From: an uncultured bacterium
GTDB taxonomy: Bacteria; Patescibacteriota; Microgenomatia; Levybacterales; UBA12049
Reading direction: 5' to 3'
DNA: 64,000 bases
Assembly (NCBI GenBank): GCA_963826535.1
Contig: CAWGXL010000011.1
Coordinates: 728,581-792,580, forward strand
The position numbers and the translations under genes were made by a program. Positions 38,350 to 47,673 of the stretch are shown here, in pieces; within the stretch, counting starts at the first letter, position 1, and the number at the start of each line of letters is the position of its first letter. The notes beneath the pieces were generated by a model that saw only the letters and a list, made by a program, of their open reading frames with translations, ran no database searches and was not told the DNA's origin.

Positions 38350-39879
38350 ATGAAAACTGTCCGGAAGTCTTTGTTGCGGGGTTTGGTAATTCGTTTTTCA
38401 GTTTTGGCATTTTTTCTACTTGCGCTCCTATGTGAGGTTTGGTTTTTTCTTTTATGGGAAAATGCTGCCGGGATTTCCGGGGCTGAGACTTTTGCTCCAC
38501 TTTTTAAGACCGGACTTTTTATATTTGTGGTTGTTATAGTTCTATTAGTTGTTGCCGTATTACTAGGACTTATATTTATTTATCCGTTGTCGGAGCGATT
38601 AAGAGAATTGATTAGTCAACTATCAGAATTTAAAAGCGCGTCACGACTTACTGTTTCTAAAAACGATGAATTAAGTGATGTAGCGGTTGCTGTGAATAAG
38701 GTGATTGACCGGTTAGAGGGAGAGATTTCAGAAGGGCGGCTTGCTGTAGCAGGAGAACATAAGCATTTTATAGAGGAACAGGATCTTTTGGCAGTCGAGC
38801 AGAAACGGATGTATGAGGAAAAGGAAAAATTGGAGTATGTTCTATCACGGATAACGGACGGCGTGATCATGTTGGGTAGGAATAGAAATATTGTAATGAT
38901 GAATAAGGCGGCTGAAGAGATTACGGGGTTCAATCAAAAAGAGGCAGGGACAAAGTTACTTGCCGGACTTATTAAATTTTATGAAAAGTCAGATGAGATA
39001 TTGATGGACGAATACGCGCCTACGATACAGACGAATACTTCGCAAGACGCATCTTTTATAAAGAAACGGGTGCGACTGGAGAGCAGATATGCTACACCAA
39101 AACTCGTTAATATTGTTTGTGTACAATTGAAACTTATACATACGCAGGATTTGGGATATATGATCGTATTACATGATTTGTCTGAGGAGTTAGACATAGA
39201 AAAGAAACAGATAGGTTTGCTTGCATCATTTGCTCATGAGTTGAAACAGCCACTCCTGATGATGTCAAACGAGCGAGTGCAGGCCGGTGTTATTCAACTT
39301 TCTCTGGTTTTGGAGAATTTGCAAACTTGCGAATCAATTGATAATGGTACTCTTGTGGTTAATTCACAGGCAGTTGATTTACTTGTGCTTTTGAGAAAAA
39401 GTATAGCGGATGTGAAAGAATTGGCTCTTGAGCGGCAAGTTACATTGCAATTTGATGAACCTAAGGATTTTCCCGGAGTTGTGTTAGGAGACGCGCTTAA
39501 AATAAATCAGATTGTTTTAAATTTGCTTTTGAATGCGATCTATTATTCTGCAGGTGGGAGTGTGTCAATCACATTGTCGCAGTCAGAACGAGATATTATT
39601 ATGCAAATTCAGGATAGCGGTATTGGCATACCGACCGAGGCAACGCACGATTTGTTTACGAAGTTTTTTGTAATACCTTCTACAAATCAGAATTCTGAGA
39701 GCGGGGAGGCTGTTCAGTCCGGTGATGCTGCAGCTACGAATAGGAGGATGAAAGCGGGGATCGGCTTGGGGTTGTATGTATGCAAAAAGTTGGTTGAATT
39801 ACAAAATGGAAAGATTTGGCTTGATTCGGTTGAGGGGAGGGGGACGGTTGTGAGTGTAAGTTTGCCGAAGGGGAAGTAA
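38350..39879 (+). CDS. sensor histidine kinase (TM + HAMP/PAS + HisKA + HATPase)
   Basis: H-box ASFAHELKQPL. N-, G1- and G2-like boxes LLLNAIYYSAGG, IQDSGIGIP and GIGLGL. Confidence 0.8.
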   Translation: MKTVRKSLLRGLVIRFSVLAFFLLALLCEVWFFLLWENAAGISGAETFAPLFKTGLFIFVVVIVLLVVAVLLGLIFIYPLSERLRELISQLSEFKSASRLTVSKNDELSDVAVAVNKVIDRLEGEISEGRLAVAGEHKHFIEEQDLLAVEQKRMYEEKEKLEYVLSRITDGVIMLGRNRNIVMMNKAAEEITGFNQKEAGTKLLAGLIKFYEKSDEILMDEYAPTIQTNTSQDASFIKKRVRLESRYATPKLVNIVCVQLKLIHTQDLGYMIVLHDLSEELDIEKKQIGLLASFAHELKQPLLMMSNERVQAGVIQLSLVLENLQTCESIDNGTLVVNSQAVDLLVLLRKSIADVKELALERQVTLQFDEPKDFPGVVLGDALKINQIVLNLLLNAIYYSAGGSVSITLSQSERDIIMQIQDSGIGIPTEATHDLFTKFFVIPSTNQNSESGEAVQSGDAAATNRRMKAGIGLGLYVCKKLVELQNGKIWLDSVEGRGTVVSVSLPKGK

Positions 39880-39903
39880 GAATTAAGAAATTAGGAAGGA
39901 TAT

Positions 39904-41343
39904 ATGAAGTCTATACAATTTTTTGGGGGGTGTGGGATGGTGACGGGGTCGTGTTACTTGTTGACCGGTGACAATGGGGAACAGATCCTTGTGGATTTGG
40001 GATTATTTCAGGAGTCGGAGGAGCTGGGGAAGTTGAATTATGAAGCTCTGCCATTTGATATTTTAAAACTTTCCGGTGTGGTGTTGACACACGCACATTT
40101 GGATCACTGCGGGCGCTTGCCGCTTTTAACAAATGCTGGATACACGGGGAAAATTTATATGACGCAGGCGACGCGGATGTTGACATCCTTGGTACTCCTC
40201 GATGCTGCGAAGGTAGCAGCAGAGAATAACAGCCGCAGGCATGGTGATTCGGCGCAAATCCCCCCAGCCCCCTTTAATAAAGGGGGCAAGAGGGATTATG
40301 GTAGTGCGGCGGGTGAGGGATTATTATATTCGGAAGAAGATGTAGATAATTTGCTTTCTAAGATCGAGAATGTTGAATATGATCAAGCTTTTTCAATGGG
40401 AGAGTTTGCTATAGTTTTTCGGGATGCGGGGCATATATTGGGTTCTGCAATTGTTGAGATAACCGATGCTAAAGGTAAGAAAATTGTTTTCAGCGGGGAT
40501 TTAGGGAATACTCCGGAGGATATGATACGGCCGACTGAGCATATTGCCGCGGCTGATTTTGTTGTAATGGAGTCTACTTACGGGAATCGAATACACAAGG
40601 AGGAAAGTCCGACTGCGGTTTTACATGAGGAAATCAATGAGATTGAGAAAACGGGAGGCGTGCTTCTTATTCCTTCTTTTTCAATAGAGCGGGCGCAGGA
40701 ACTTCTGCATAGAATCAATCATCTAAAAAAAGACAATAAAATAGATGAGGGCACGAAAGTTTTTTTGGATAGTCCGATGGCAATCAGGGCGACTGAGATT
40801 TTCCGGCAGTCACCTGAGTTGTATAACCAGGAATTGACAAAAGAAAATAAAACAGATGACCCATTTGATTTTCCCGGCCTTAATATTACTTCGAGCGCTG
40901 AAGATAGTCGTGCAATTGTATTTAACCCCGGGCCGAAGGTGATTATCTCAGGTAGTGGAATGATGCACGGAGGCCGAGTGCTGCATCACGCAGTGAATTA
41001 TTTGCCTGATAACAAAACGCGTTTGCTTATCGTTGGGTATCAGGCTCCGGGTACGCTTGGGCGTCATCTTTTGGACGGTGCTAAGAGTGTTGTGATTTAT
41101 AATCAGGAGATTGCTGTAGCAGCTCATATTAGATCAGTTGAAGCGATGAGTTGTCATGCGGATCAGAAGAAGTTATTACAATGGCTCAGGCATATACATA
41201 GCGTGAAAAAAGTTTTTTTGACGCATGGGGAGGATGAGGCGAGGAATGTTTTGGGTGAGAAGATAAGGAGTGGGTTGGGGATTCAAGAAGTTGTGATGCC
41301 GAAGTTGGGGGAAAAATATAATCTTTTATATATTGGATTGTAA
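39904..41343 (+). CDS. MBL-fold beta-CASP ribonuclease (RNase J / CPSF-like)
   Basis: LTHAHLDHCGRLP (HxHxDH) motif and downstream beta-CASP His/Asp motifs. Contains the in-frame palindromic insert at 40256-40298. Confidence 0.75.
   Translation: MKSIQFFGGCGMVTGSCYLLTGDNGEQILVDLGLFQESEELGKLNYEALPFDILKLSGVVLTHAHLDHCGRLPLLTNAGYTGKIYMTQATRMLTSLVLLDAAKVAAENNSRRHGDSAQIPPAPFNKGGKRDYGSAAGEGLLYSEEDVDNLLSKIENVEYDQAFSMGEFAIVFRDAGHILGSAIVEITDAKGKKIVFSGDLGNTPEDMIRPTEHIAAADFVVMESTYGNRIHKEESPTAVLHEEINEIEKTGGVLLIPSFSIERAQELLHRINHLKKDNKIDEGTKVFLDSPMAIRATEIFRQSPELYNQELTKENKTDDPFDFPGLNITSSAEDSRAIVFNPGPKVIISGSGMMHGGRVLHHAVNYLPDNKTRLLIVGYQAPGTLGRHLLDGAKSVVIYNQEIAVAAHIRSVEAMSCHADQKKLLQWLRHIHSVKKVFLTHGEDEARNVLGEKIRSGLGIQEVVMPKLGEKYNLLYIGL
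40256..40298. repeat. GC-rich palindromic mini-element (3' arm degraded), in frame inside the beta-CASP RNase gene
   Basis: AAATCCCCCCAGCCCCCTTTAATAAAGGGGGCAAGAGGGATTA. Encodes QIPPAPFNKGGKRDYG. Confidence 0.7.
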
Positions 41344-41456
41344 ATTGTAAAGTTATTCAGCACCCCCAAATTTTAGTGATTAATTAACTTGTAACACGAG
41401 ATGTAGTCTTATAGTAATTTAGTAATTGCATAGTGATATTTTATTTGTTAAACTGC

Positions 41457-41577
41457 ATGAGTAAATTTATGAAACGAAATTATTCATTAGTCATGTATTG
41501 CTTCTTTTTTGCCCCTTAATTGGGCGGGAGAATTCGTGACTGAGTCACATTTTACCCCGCTGAGCGGGGTTTTTTTG
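41457..41577 (+). promoter_or_regulatory. candidate leader-peptide attenuator
   Basis: 20-aa ORF MSKFMKRNYSLVMYCFFFAP (41457-41519) whose stop TAA abuts TTGGGCGGGAG. Perfect hairpin GTGAC-TGA-GTCAC. Intrinsic terminator CCCCGC-TGA-GCGGGG plus T7, ending 56 nt before the ATP-grasp gene. Confidence 0.5.
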
Positions 41578-41632
41578 TATTTAAATCCAATAACGGATCT
41601 AAATTTTATAACTGAATAATTTCGTAATATCT

Positions 41633-43096
41633 ATGAACGTAGAGAGACAATCTTTGTATGTTAGTGATGGGGAACGACGAGCTGTGGGCGTTGGTTTTCA
41701 CAATGCTGCTGATGTTTTGTGGGCATCGGATCGTGCTGTACAGGAAGCTGTAAAAAAACACTATCAACAACGGGGAGGGCATATACCCCTTGATAATGTT
41801 GATAAGACTTTTATGTTAGTGCAAGAACATGACGATCCTACTACTTCACAATTCCATTATCTATCTGATATAACCGGCAGAAGAATTGAGCCTAAAACAA
41901 TAGAAGAAATTAAGCAAGAATCCAGAAAAACTTTGTCTCAAAAACCGCTTGTAGTTCCTTATATAAAGCTTCCTCTAACCGAGACATACTTAGAGCGTGA
42001 ACTTGGGGCAGATGTTTGGGGTTTACCAGGGACTGTGGTGTCAGTTTTAAAAAATAAAGCTGAATTTCATGAAAGGATACTGAGGGCTGAAATAGACGGA
42101 CTTCATGTCCCGGATTTTATAGTTACAGATGTAGATGATTTAACTATCAATTCAGAAGAATTTTACAGAACACATGTGAAAGATTTATACAAAAGATTCA
42201 AGATGGACGGGTATACTCATGGTCTAGTCTTGCGGCCGGCTGAGTCTGACGGTAACTTTGGTGCAGGTGTTGTGCGAGAGGAAAATGGACATGTTCTTTT
42301 TATGCCTGATGGCAAGATGGAAGGAGCATCCAGGCATCCAACATTTAATAGCGCATTAGCAAGAAGCCAAGAATATATGAGAAGTACAATGAATAGCGTA
42401 AAAGAAAAGAGGGTGGTTGTTAGTAGGTTGATTGATTTAGCTGATTCTCCGGGGATGTCTGTGGCTGTACTGGATGGTCAGGTAATATCGTTGGGCTGGA
42501 ATGGACAGATAATAAAAGATGGTACGGCATGTGTTGGGACAAGTACATATAGACCTAAAGATGAATATTTACAACAAATACAAGAGGAGAATGAAGAAAA
42601 AACAGCGGGAGCATTCTCGGTGCTATTGAGTCAACTGACAAAGGGGCAAGGGATAGACTTGCAGACGGTACGGGGGATTGCAAATATTGATATCATGATT
42701 CCGGGAGAGCGAGAAAGAGAACTTCAGAGAAAACGTGGTGGAGACCCGCATTTATATGTTGCTGAATCAAATCCACGTTATACCAATATGACTGATGGGG
42801 TTTTGACCGCGGTTGCAGCGCAAAGATTACCGCAAACTGTACGTTCAATGCGGGTAGTGACTGCTGCAGGAATAGTATCGGAAGATAAGTATGCTCTTCC
42901 GGCTGGTGTTGATCCAAAAGCAGTGCGTGACGAAATTTATAAAAGTGATCTTAAATTAAAAGAAGAAGGTACGAGAGTGATAGCACGTATGACCGTTGCC
43001 CCTATGGGTGTTATATTTCTTGGTAATACTGAACTTGCCAGGCGCGAGCTTACGAATGTAGTGCATAAGCTCGCTGGGAAAAAAAGTGTAATTTAA
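41633..43096 (+). CDS. ATP-grasp-fold ligase-like protein (paralog 1)
   Basis: NKAEFHERILRAEIDGLHVPDF (DK..K..L...G.P.P-like). Gly-rich loop RPAESDGNFGAGVV. C-terminal YVAESNPR (E-x-N-x-R). Confidence 0.5.
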   Translation: MNVERQSLYVSDGERRAVGVGFHNAADVLWASDRAVQEAVKKHYQQRGGHIPLDNVDKTFMLVQEHDDPTTSQFHYLSDITGRRIEPKTIEEIKQESRKTLSQKPLVVPYIKLPLTETYLERELGADVWGLPGTVVSVLKNKAEFHERILRAEIDGLHVPDFIVTDVDDLTINSEEFYRTHVKDLYKRFKMDGYTHGLVLRPAESDGNFGAGVVREENGHVLFMPDGKMEGASRHPTFNSALARSQEYMRSTMNSVKEKRVVVSRLIDLADSPGMSVAVLDGQVISLGWNGQIIKDGTACVGTSTYRPKDEYLQQIQEENEEKTAGAFSVLLSQLTKGQGIDLQTVRGIANIDIMIPGERERELQRKRGGDPHLYVAESNPRYTNMTDGVLTAVAAQRLPQTVRSMRVVTAAGIVSEDKYALPAGVDPKAVRDEIYKSDLKLKEEGTRVIARMTVAPMGVIFLGNTELARRELTNVVHKLAGKKSVI

Positions 43097-43144
43097 TTAT
43101 TGAACAATGGATTTGTATTTGTTATACTGATTAAGTTGATTTAT

Positions 43145-43258
43145 ATGAAATACAGCAATAGATTAGTTAAGTTTTTCCTCCTTCTTAACACCCACTAATT
43201 GGGCGGGAGGATTCGTGATTGAATCAAATATACCCGCTAACTGAGCGGGTTTTTTTGT
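43145..43258 (+). promoter_or_regulatory. candidate leader-peptide attenuator, second copy
   Basis: 17-aa ORF MKYSNRLVKFFLLLNTH (43145-43198) with the same TAATTGGGCGGGAG junction. Hairpin TGATT-G-AATCA shows compensatory changes relative to the first copy. Terminator ACCCGC...GCGGGT plus T8. Confidence 0.5.
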
Positions 43259-43261
43259 GTT

Positions 43262-44719
43262 ATGAATAAAGAGAATGGAAACCAATCATTATTTGTTCCT
43301 ATAGGCGAACTGCAAGTTGGTGTTGGTTATCATAATGTTCATCAAGTTGTTGGAGCATCCGATTTTGTACAAAAAAAAATAAAAGAAAAGTATCAGATGC
43401 GTTGTGGACATGTGCCGCTTGATGGTTTCGAACGTACTCATGTTTTGGTAGGCGAACATACGGATGCAACTACTTCACAATTAGATTATCTCTCCGATAT
43501 TTTCGGTCGAAAAATTGCACCTAAGACAGTGGGGGAAATTAAACAGGAATCTAGTAAAGATGGTGGTCAGAAGCCATTGGTTGTTCCATATATTAGACTT
43601 CCTGAAGTAGATGTATCTATGCAGGAAAAACTCGGTGCGAAAGTGTGGGGACTGCCTGGAGGAATGGTGATTGCATTAAAAAATAAAGTAGAATTTCACA
43701 GGATGATTGAAAAAGCTCAAATAGATGATCTTCATGTGCCAGATTTTACTATTGCAAGAGTAGATGATTTGACTGCTAGTGCAGAAGAATTTCGATTGAG
43801 GCATGTAGAAGGTTTATACAAAAGATATGATATGAGTGATTATAACCGCGGACTTATGGTGCGAGCTGCCGAATCTGATGGCAACTATGGCGCAGCTATT
43901 GTTAAGGAGGTTAATGGAAATAAAATTCTTATGCCTGACGGAAAAATGGATAAATTTCAGAAACATGATACTTGGAAAGGGGCATTAGAAGCTTGTCAGG
44001 TATATATTAAGGAAGCGATGAATACGGCAAAAGAGGATAGGGTAGTTATTAGCAGGCTTATTGATCTTGCTGATTCTCCGGGTATGTCTGCTGCTATTTT
44101 AGACGGTCAGATGCTGTCTTTAGGATGGAATGGGCAATTATATAAAGATGGGACAGCATGTGAAGGTACAGGCACATATAAACCAAAAAATGAATATTTA
44201 AAACGTACACAAGTTTTGTATGAAGAAAAGGTAGCAGGGGCATTCGAAAAATTGTTGAAACAACTGGCAGATGAAAAAGGAATAGACTTCAGCGTAATAA
44301 GAGGATTTGTGAATATAGATATAATGATTCCAGGGCATAAGGAAAGAGAGCTTCAAAGAAGGAGGGATGGAGAAACATACTTTTATCTTGCCGAATCAAA
44401 TCCACGTATTACTCATTTTACTGATGCAGTTTTGACAGGGGTTGCGGCCCAGAGGCAAAGGCAAACTGTAAATTCTATGCGTGAAATAATAGCTAAGGAT
44501 TTACAAGCAGAAGACAGTTTTACACTACCCGAATATGTTGATCCTAGAAATGTTCGTGATATGGTTTATCAAAGAGACCTTGATTTAAGATATGGTGGTA
44601 CAAGAATAATTACACGTATGTTGGGAATCCACAATGTGGGTGTCATATTCATGGGTGATACGGCTCGGGGCAGACGAGAACTTACAAATATTGTTGATAA
44701 ACTAGCGGTGAAAAAGTGA
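43262..44719 (+). CDS. ATP-grasp-fold ligase-like protein (paralog 2)
   Basis: Collinear with the 41633 ORF along its full length. NKVEFHRMIEKAQIDDLHVPDF, VRAAESDGNYGAAIV, YLAESNPR. Confidence 0.5.
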   Translation: MNKENGNQSLFVPIGELQVGVGYHNVHQVVGASDFVQKKIKEKYQMRCGHVPLDGFERTHVLVGEHTDATTSQLDYLSDIFGRKIAPKTVGEIKQESSKDGGQKPLVVPYIRLPEVDVSMQEKLGAKVWGLPGGMVIALKNKVEFHRMIEKAQIDDLHVPDFTIARVDDLTASAEEFRLRHVEGLYKRYDMSDYNRGLMVRAAESDGNYGAAIVKEVNGNKILMPDGKMDKFQKHDTWKGALEACQVYIKEAMNTAKEDRVVISRLIDLADSPGMSAAILDGQMLSLGWNGQLYKDGTACEGTGTYKPKNEYLKRTQVLYEEKVAGAFEKLLKQLADEKGIDFSVIRGFVNIDIMIPGHKERELQRRRDGETYFYLAESNPRITHFTDAVLTGVAAQRQRQTVNSMREIIAKDLQAEDSFTLPEYVDPRNVRDMVYQRDLDLRYGGTRIITRMLGIHNVGVIFMGDTARGRRELTNIVDKLAVKK

Positions 44720-44731
44720 TATAAAAAATAT

Positions 44732-45802
44732 ATGCAGCAAAATATTCTAAAATTGGCTAGAAGTTTAATTTCCATTCCGTCTGTTCATGAGAATTCTCAG
44801 GGGCTAAAAGTTATTCTTGAGGTTGCAAAAAAAGAATTGCGGGGATTTCATATTGGTGAATTTGAGAGTGGCGGGGTTACTAGTATACTTTTCTCTAATA
44901 CTACAAAGCCCACTAAGCAATTTAGAATTATTCTTAATGCTCATCTCGATGTTGTTCCGGGTACTGCAAAGCAGTATTCTCCGGAAGTGAAAGATGGTAA
45001 GTTGCATGGAAGGGGCGCATATGATATGAAAGCTGCGGCTGCGGTTATGATCTTACTTTTTAAGGAAATCGGCAAAAAAGTAGATTTTCCTCTTGGATTG
45101 CAACTTACAACTGATGAAGAGGTTGGGGGAGCAAACGGTACAGGATATCAAATAAAAAAGGGCTTACGTACTGATTTTGTCATAACCGGTGAAGGAACGA
45201 GTTTTCGTATTATTAATGAAGCAAAAGCCAGGATAATTCTAAAGCTCACGGCCAATGGAAAAACATCTCATGCCGCATACCCCTGGCTTGGAGAAAATGC
45301 TATTTGGAAGATGACACAGGCTATAAACAGATTATATAATGTATATCCACTACCGAGTTCTGAATGGAATGGAACAACGTTTAATATTACGACAATCAGT
45401 ACTGATAATCATACTCTTAATAAAACTCCGGATTATTGCGAAGCTACGGTCAATATACGTGTAATACCGCAGGAAAAGGATACAATTGTAAGCGATATAA
45501 AAAAAATAGTGTCCGAAGATATTACTGTAGAGCAAACTGAGGATTCATATTTGCATCAGACCAATCCTGACAGCCCTTATATTAAAAAATTGCAAGCTGT
45601 AACGAAAGAAATACTGGGCATCGATGCAGTTTTGAGCCGGGCTCATGGTGGATCAGACGCATGTCATTATACAGCTGTGGGGTGTGAAGGTATTGAGTTC
45701 GGGCCTATTGGCGGCAATCATCATGCGGATGAAGAATGGGTTGATGTCGAGAGCTTGGTAGATTACTATAATATTCTAAAGAAATTTCTTTTGAGGTGTT
45801 AA
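44732..45802 (+). CDS. M20-family metallopeptidase/deacylase (ArgE/DapE-like)
   Basis: AHLDVVPG and GRGAYDMKAAAAVM motifs. Confidence 0.75.
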   Translation: MQQNILKLARSLISIPSVHENSQGLKVILEVAKKELRGFHIGEFESGGVTSILFSNTTKPTKQFRIILNAHLDVVPGTAKQYSPEVKDGKLHGRGAYDMKAAAAVMILLFKEIGKKVDFPLGLQLTTDEEVGGANGTGYQIKKGLRTDFVITGEGTSFRIINEAKARIILKLTANGKTSHAAYPWLGENAIWKMTQAINRLYNVYPLPSSEWNGTTFNITTISTDNHTLNKTPDYCEATVNIRVIPQEKDTIVSDIKKIVSEDITVEQTEDSYLHQTNPDSPYIKKLQAVTKEILGIDAVLSRAHGGSDACHYTAVGCEGIEFGPIGGNHHADEEWVDVESLVDYYNILKKFLLRC

Positions 45803-46218
45803 AATGTGATTTTTAAAATAGGGTATTGACAAGCAGGGGTTTTTTGATTAACAATATAATAAGTGAAAAGAACTAAAGTAAAAAAAGTTAAGAGTTTGAG
45901 GACTGTTAAGGGCAGTAAACAGTTTACAGAGAAACATAAGCATTTCGAACATTTAATTGTAATATTTGCAGGTGTGGTAGTAGCTTTCTTCCTGGTGCTT
46001 ACTAAATCTTCACAGTAAAATAAAATTTATACTTTGCTTCTTGGTGTATTATTTCCTTATTTATGCTAATATGACATTGATACAAGTTCCGCATTTGGCA
46101 CATTGCGGCGTCAGGTTCTGCGGTGCTCGACAGCGTACGCTTTAGTACGCTTTACTCCGCTCCTCGACCCTTCCTTGCACTGTACTCAAATGCGAAACTT
46201 GTATATATAAAAAGGTGT

Positions 46219-47584
46219 ATGGCGATTCAGACGGTTAATCCTACTACAGGCAAATTAATAAAACAATTCAAACCTACAACGGCTTCGGAAGTCGAAAGGC
46301 GTCTTTCTCGGGCGCAAAAGGCATTTCAGTCGTGGAGTAAGCTGACGGTAGCGGCGCGGATTAAATATGTTCAACGGCTTTCCGAGTATTTGGAAAAGGA
46401 AAAGCAGGTGTTGGGGAGATTGGTGACTTTGGAGATGGGACGGGTGTATGCGGATTCTGTGGCTGAGATTTCAAAGAGCGCTAGTGTATGTAAGTACTAT
46501 ATTCAAAACGGTGAGAAATTTTTGCAAGAGCAGCATGTGCCTACGGAGGCTGCAAAAAGTTATATCGAGTACGCGCCGCTTGGAATAATATTGGGCATTA
46601 TGCCATGGAATTTTCCTTTTTATCTGGTTTTTCGTCCGCTTATTCCGGCTCTGGTTGCGGGTAATGTCTTTGTGCTTAAGCATGCGTCGAATGTTCCTCA
46701 ATGTGCTCTGGCTATTGAGGAAATGTTTTCGGAAGACCGGGTTTCCGGCGGGAGTGTTTACTAATCTTTTTATTGAGGGCGGAAATGTCAGCCATGTGAT
46801 TGCTGATGACCGGATCGCAGCGGTAACTCTTACAGGAAGTGAGGCTGCGGGGGCTAAAGTCGCGGGGCTCGCGGGGGCGCATTTGAAAAAGACTGTTTTG
46901 GAGTTGGGCGGATCGGATGCATTTATAGTTTTGGAAGACGCAAATATTGAGGAGGCAGTTACACAATCTGTAAAAGGCAGACTGATGAATGCCGGGCAGG
47001 CTTGTAATTCACCTAAACGGATTATTTTGACGCATAAAATTGCAGATCGATTTAAAGATTTATTTGTGGCGAAGTCGCGAAAGCTTAAGGTAGGGGATCC
47101 GATGGATCCTGGGACAGATGTTTGTCCAATGGCGCGTGAGGATTTGATTGAGGTTTTGGATGAACAAGTGTCAGGTTCTATAAAGCGCGGGGCGAAGCTT
47201 TTGCAAGGAGGTAGAAGGATCAAGAGAGCAGGATTTTTTTATGAAGTAACAGTTGTAGATAATGTGAAAAAGGGTATGCCGCTATTCGATGAAGAGGTTT
47301 TCGGGCCGGTTGTTGTGTTTATTACAGTTAAATCAGACGCAGAGGCAATACAAGTGGCGAATGATACGCATTTGGGGTTGAGCGCGAGTGTTTGGACAGG
47401 TGATATTAAGCGGGCGCATCATTTTATAGATAATTTGCATGTGGGTAATGTGTTTGTAAATCAAGTTGTGCGGTCAGATCCAAGGCTTCCTTATGGTGGA
47501 GTTAAAAAGTCAGGTTATGGGAGGGAATTGGGAGAGCACGGGATACGGGAGTTTACGAATATAAAGACGGTTGTTATTAAGTGA
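46219..47584 (+). pseudogene. NAD(P)-dependent aldehyde dehydrogenase disrupted by a frameshift near 46731-46745
   Basis: Two overlapping ORFs, 46123-46764 and 46655-47584. The ALDH motifs continue in the +1 frame (FPAGVFTNLFIEGG, ELGGSDAFIV, catalytic-Cys region). An apparent single-base insertion lies at GAAGACCGGG. Confidence 0.6.
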
Positions 47585-47620
47585 AGAATATATATTGAGC
47601 TTTTTTGTCATTAAATTTTT

Positions 47621-47645
47621 ACCCTCACCCTGACCCTCTCCCTTA
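47621..47645 (+). terminator. GC hairpin CCCTCTCCC-TTAAA-GGGAGAGGG downstream of the ALDH gene
   Basis: Perfect 9-bp GC-rich stem. No clear U-tract, so the terminator call is tentative. Confidence 0.4.
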
Positions 47646-47673
47646 AAGGGAGAGGGAAGGTAAATGAAGAAAT

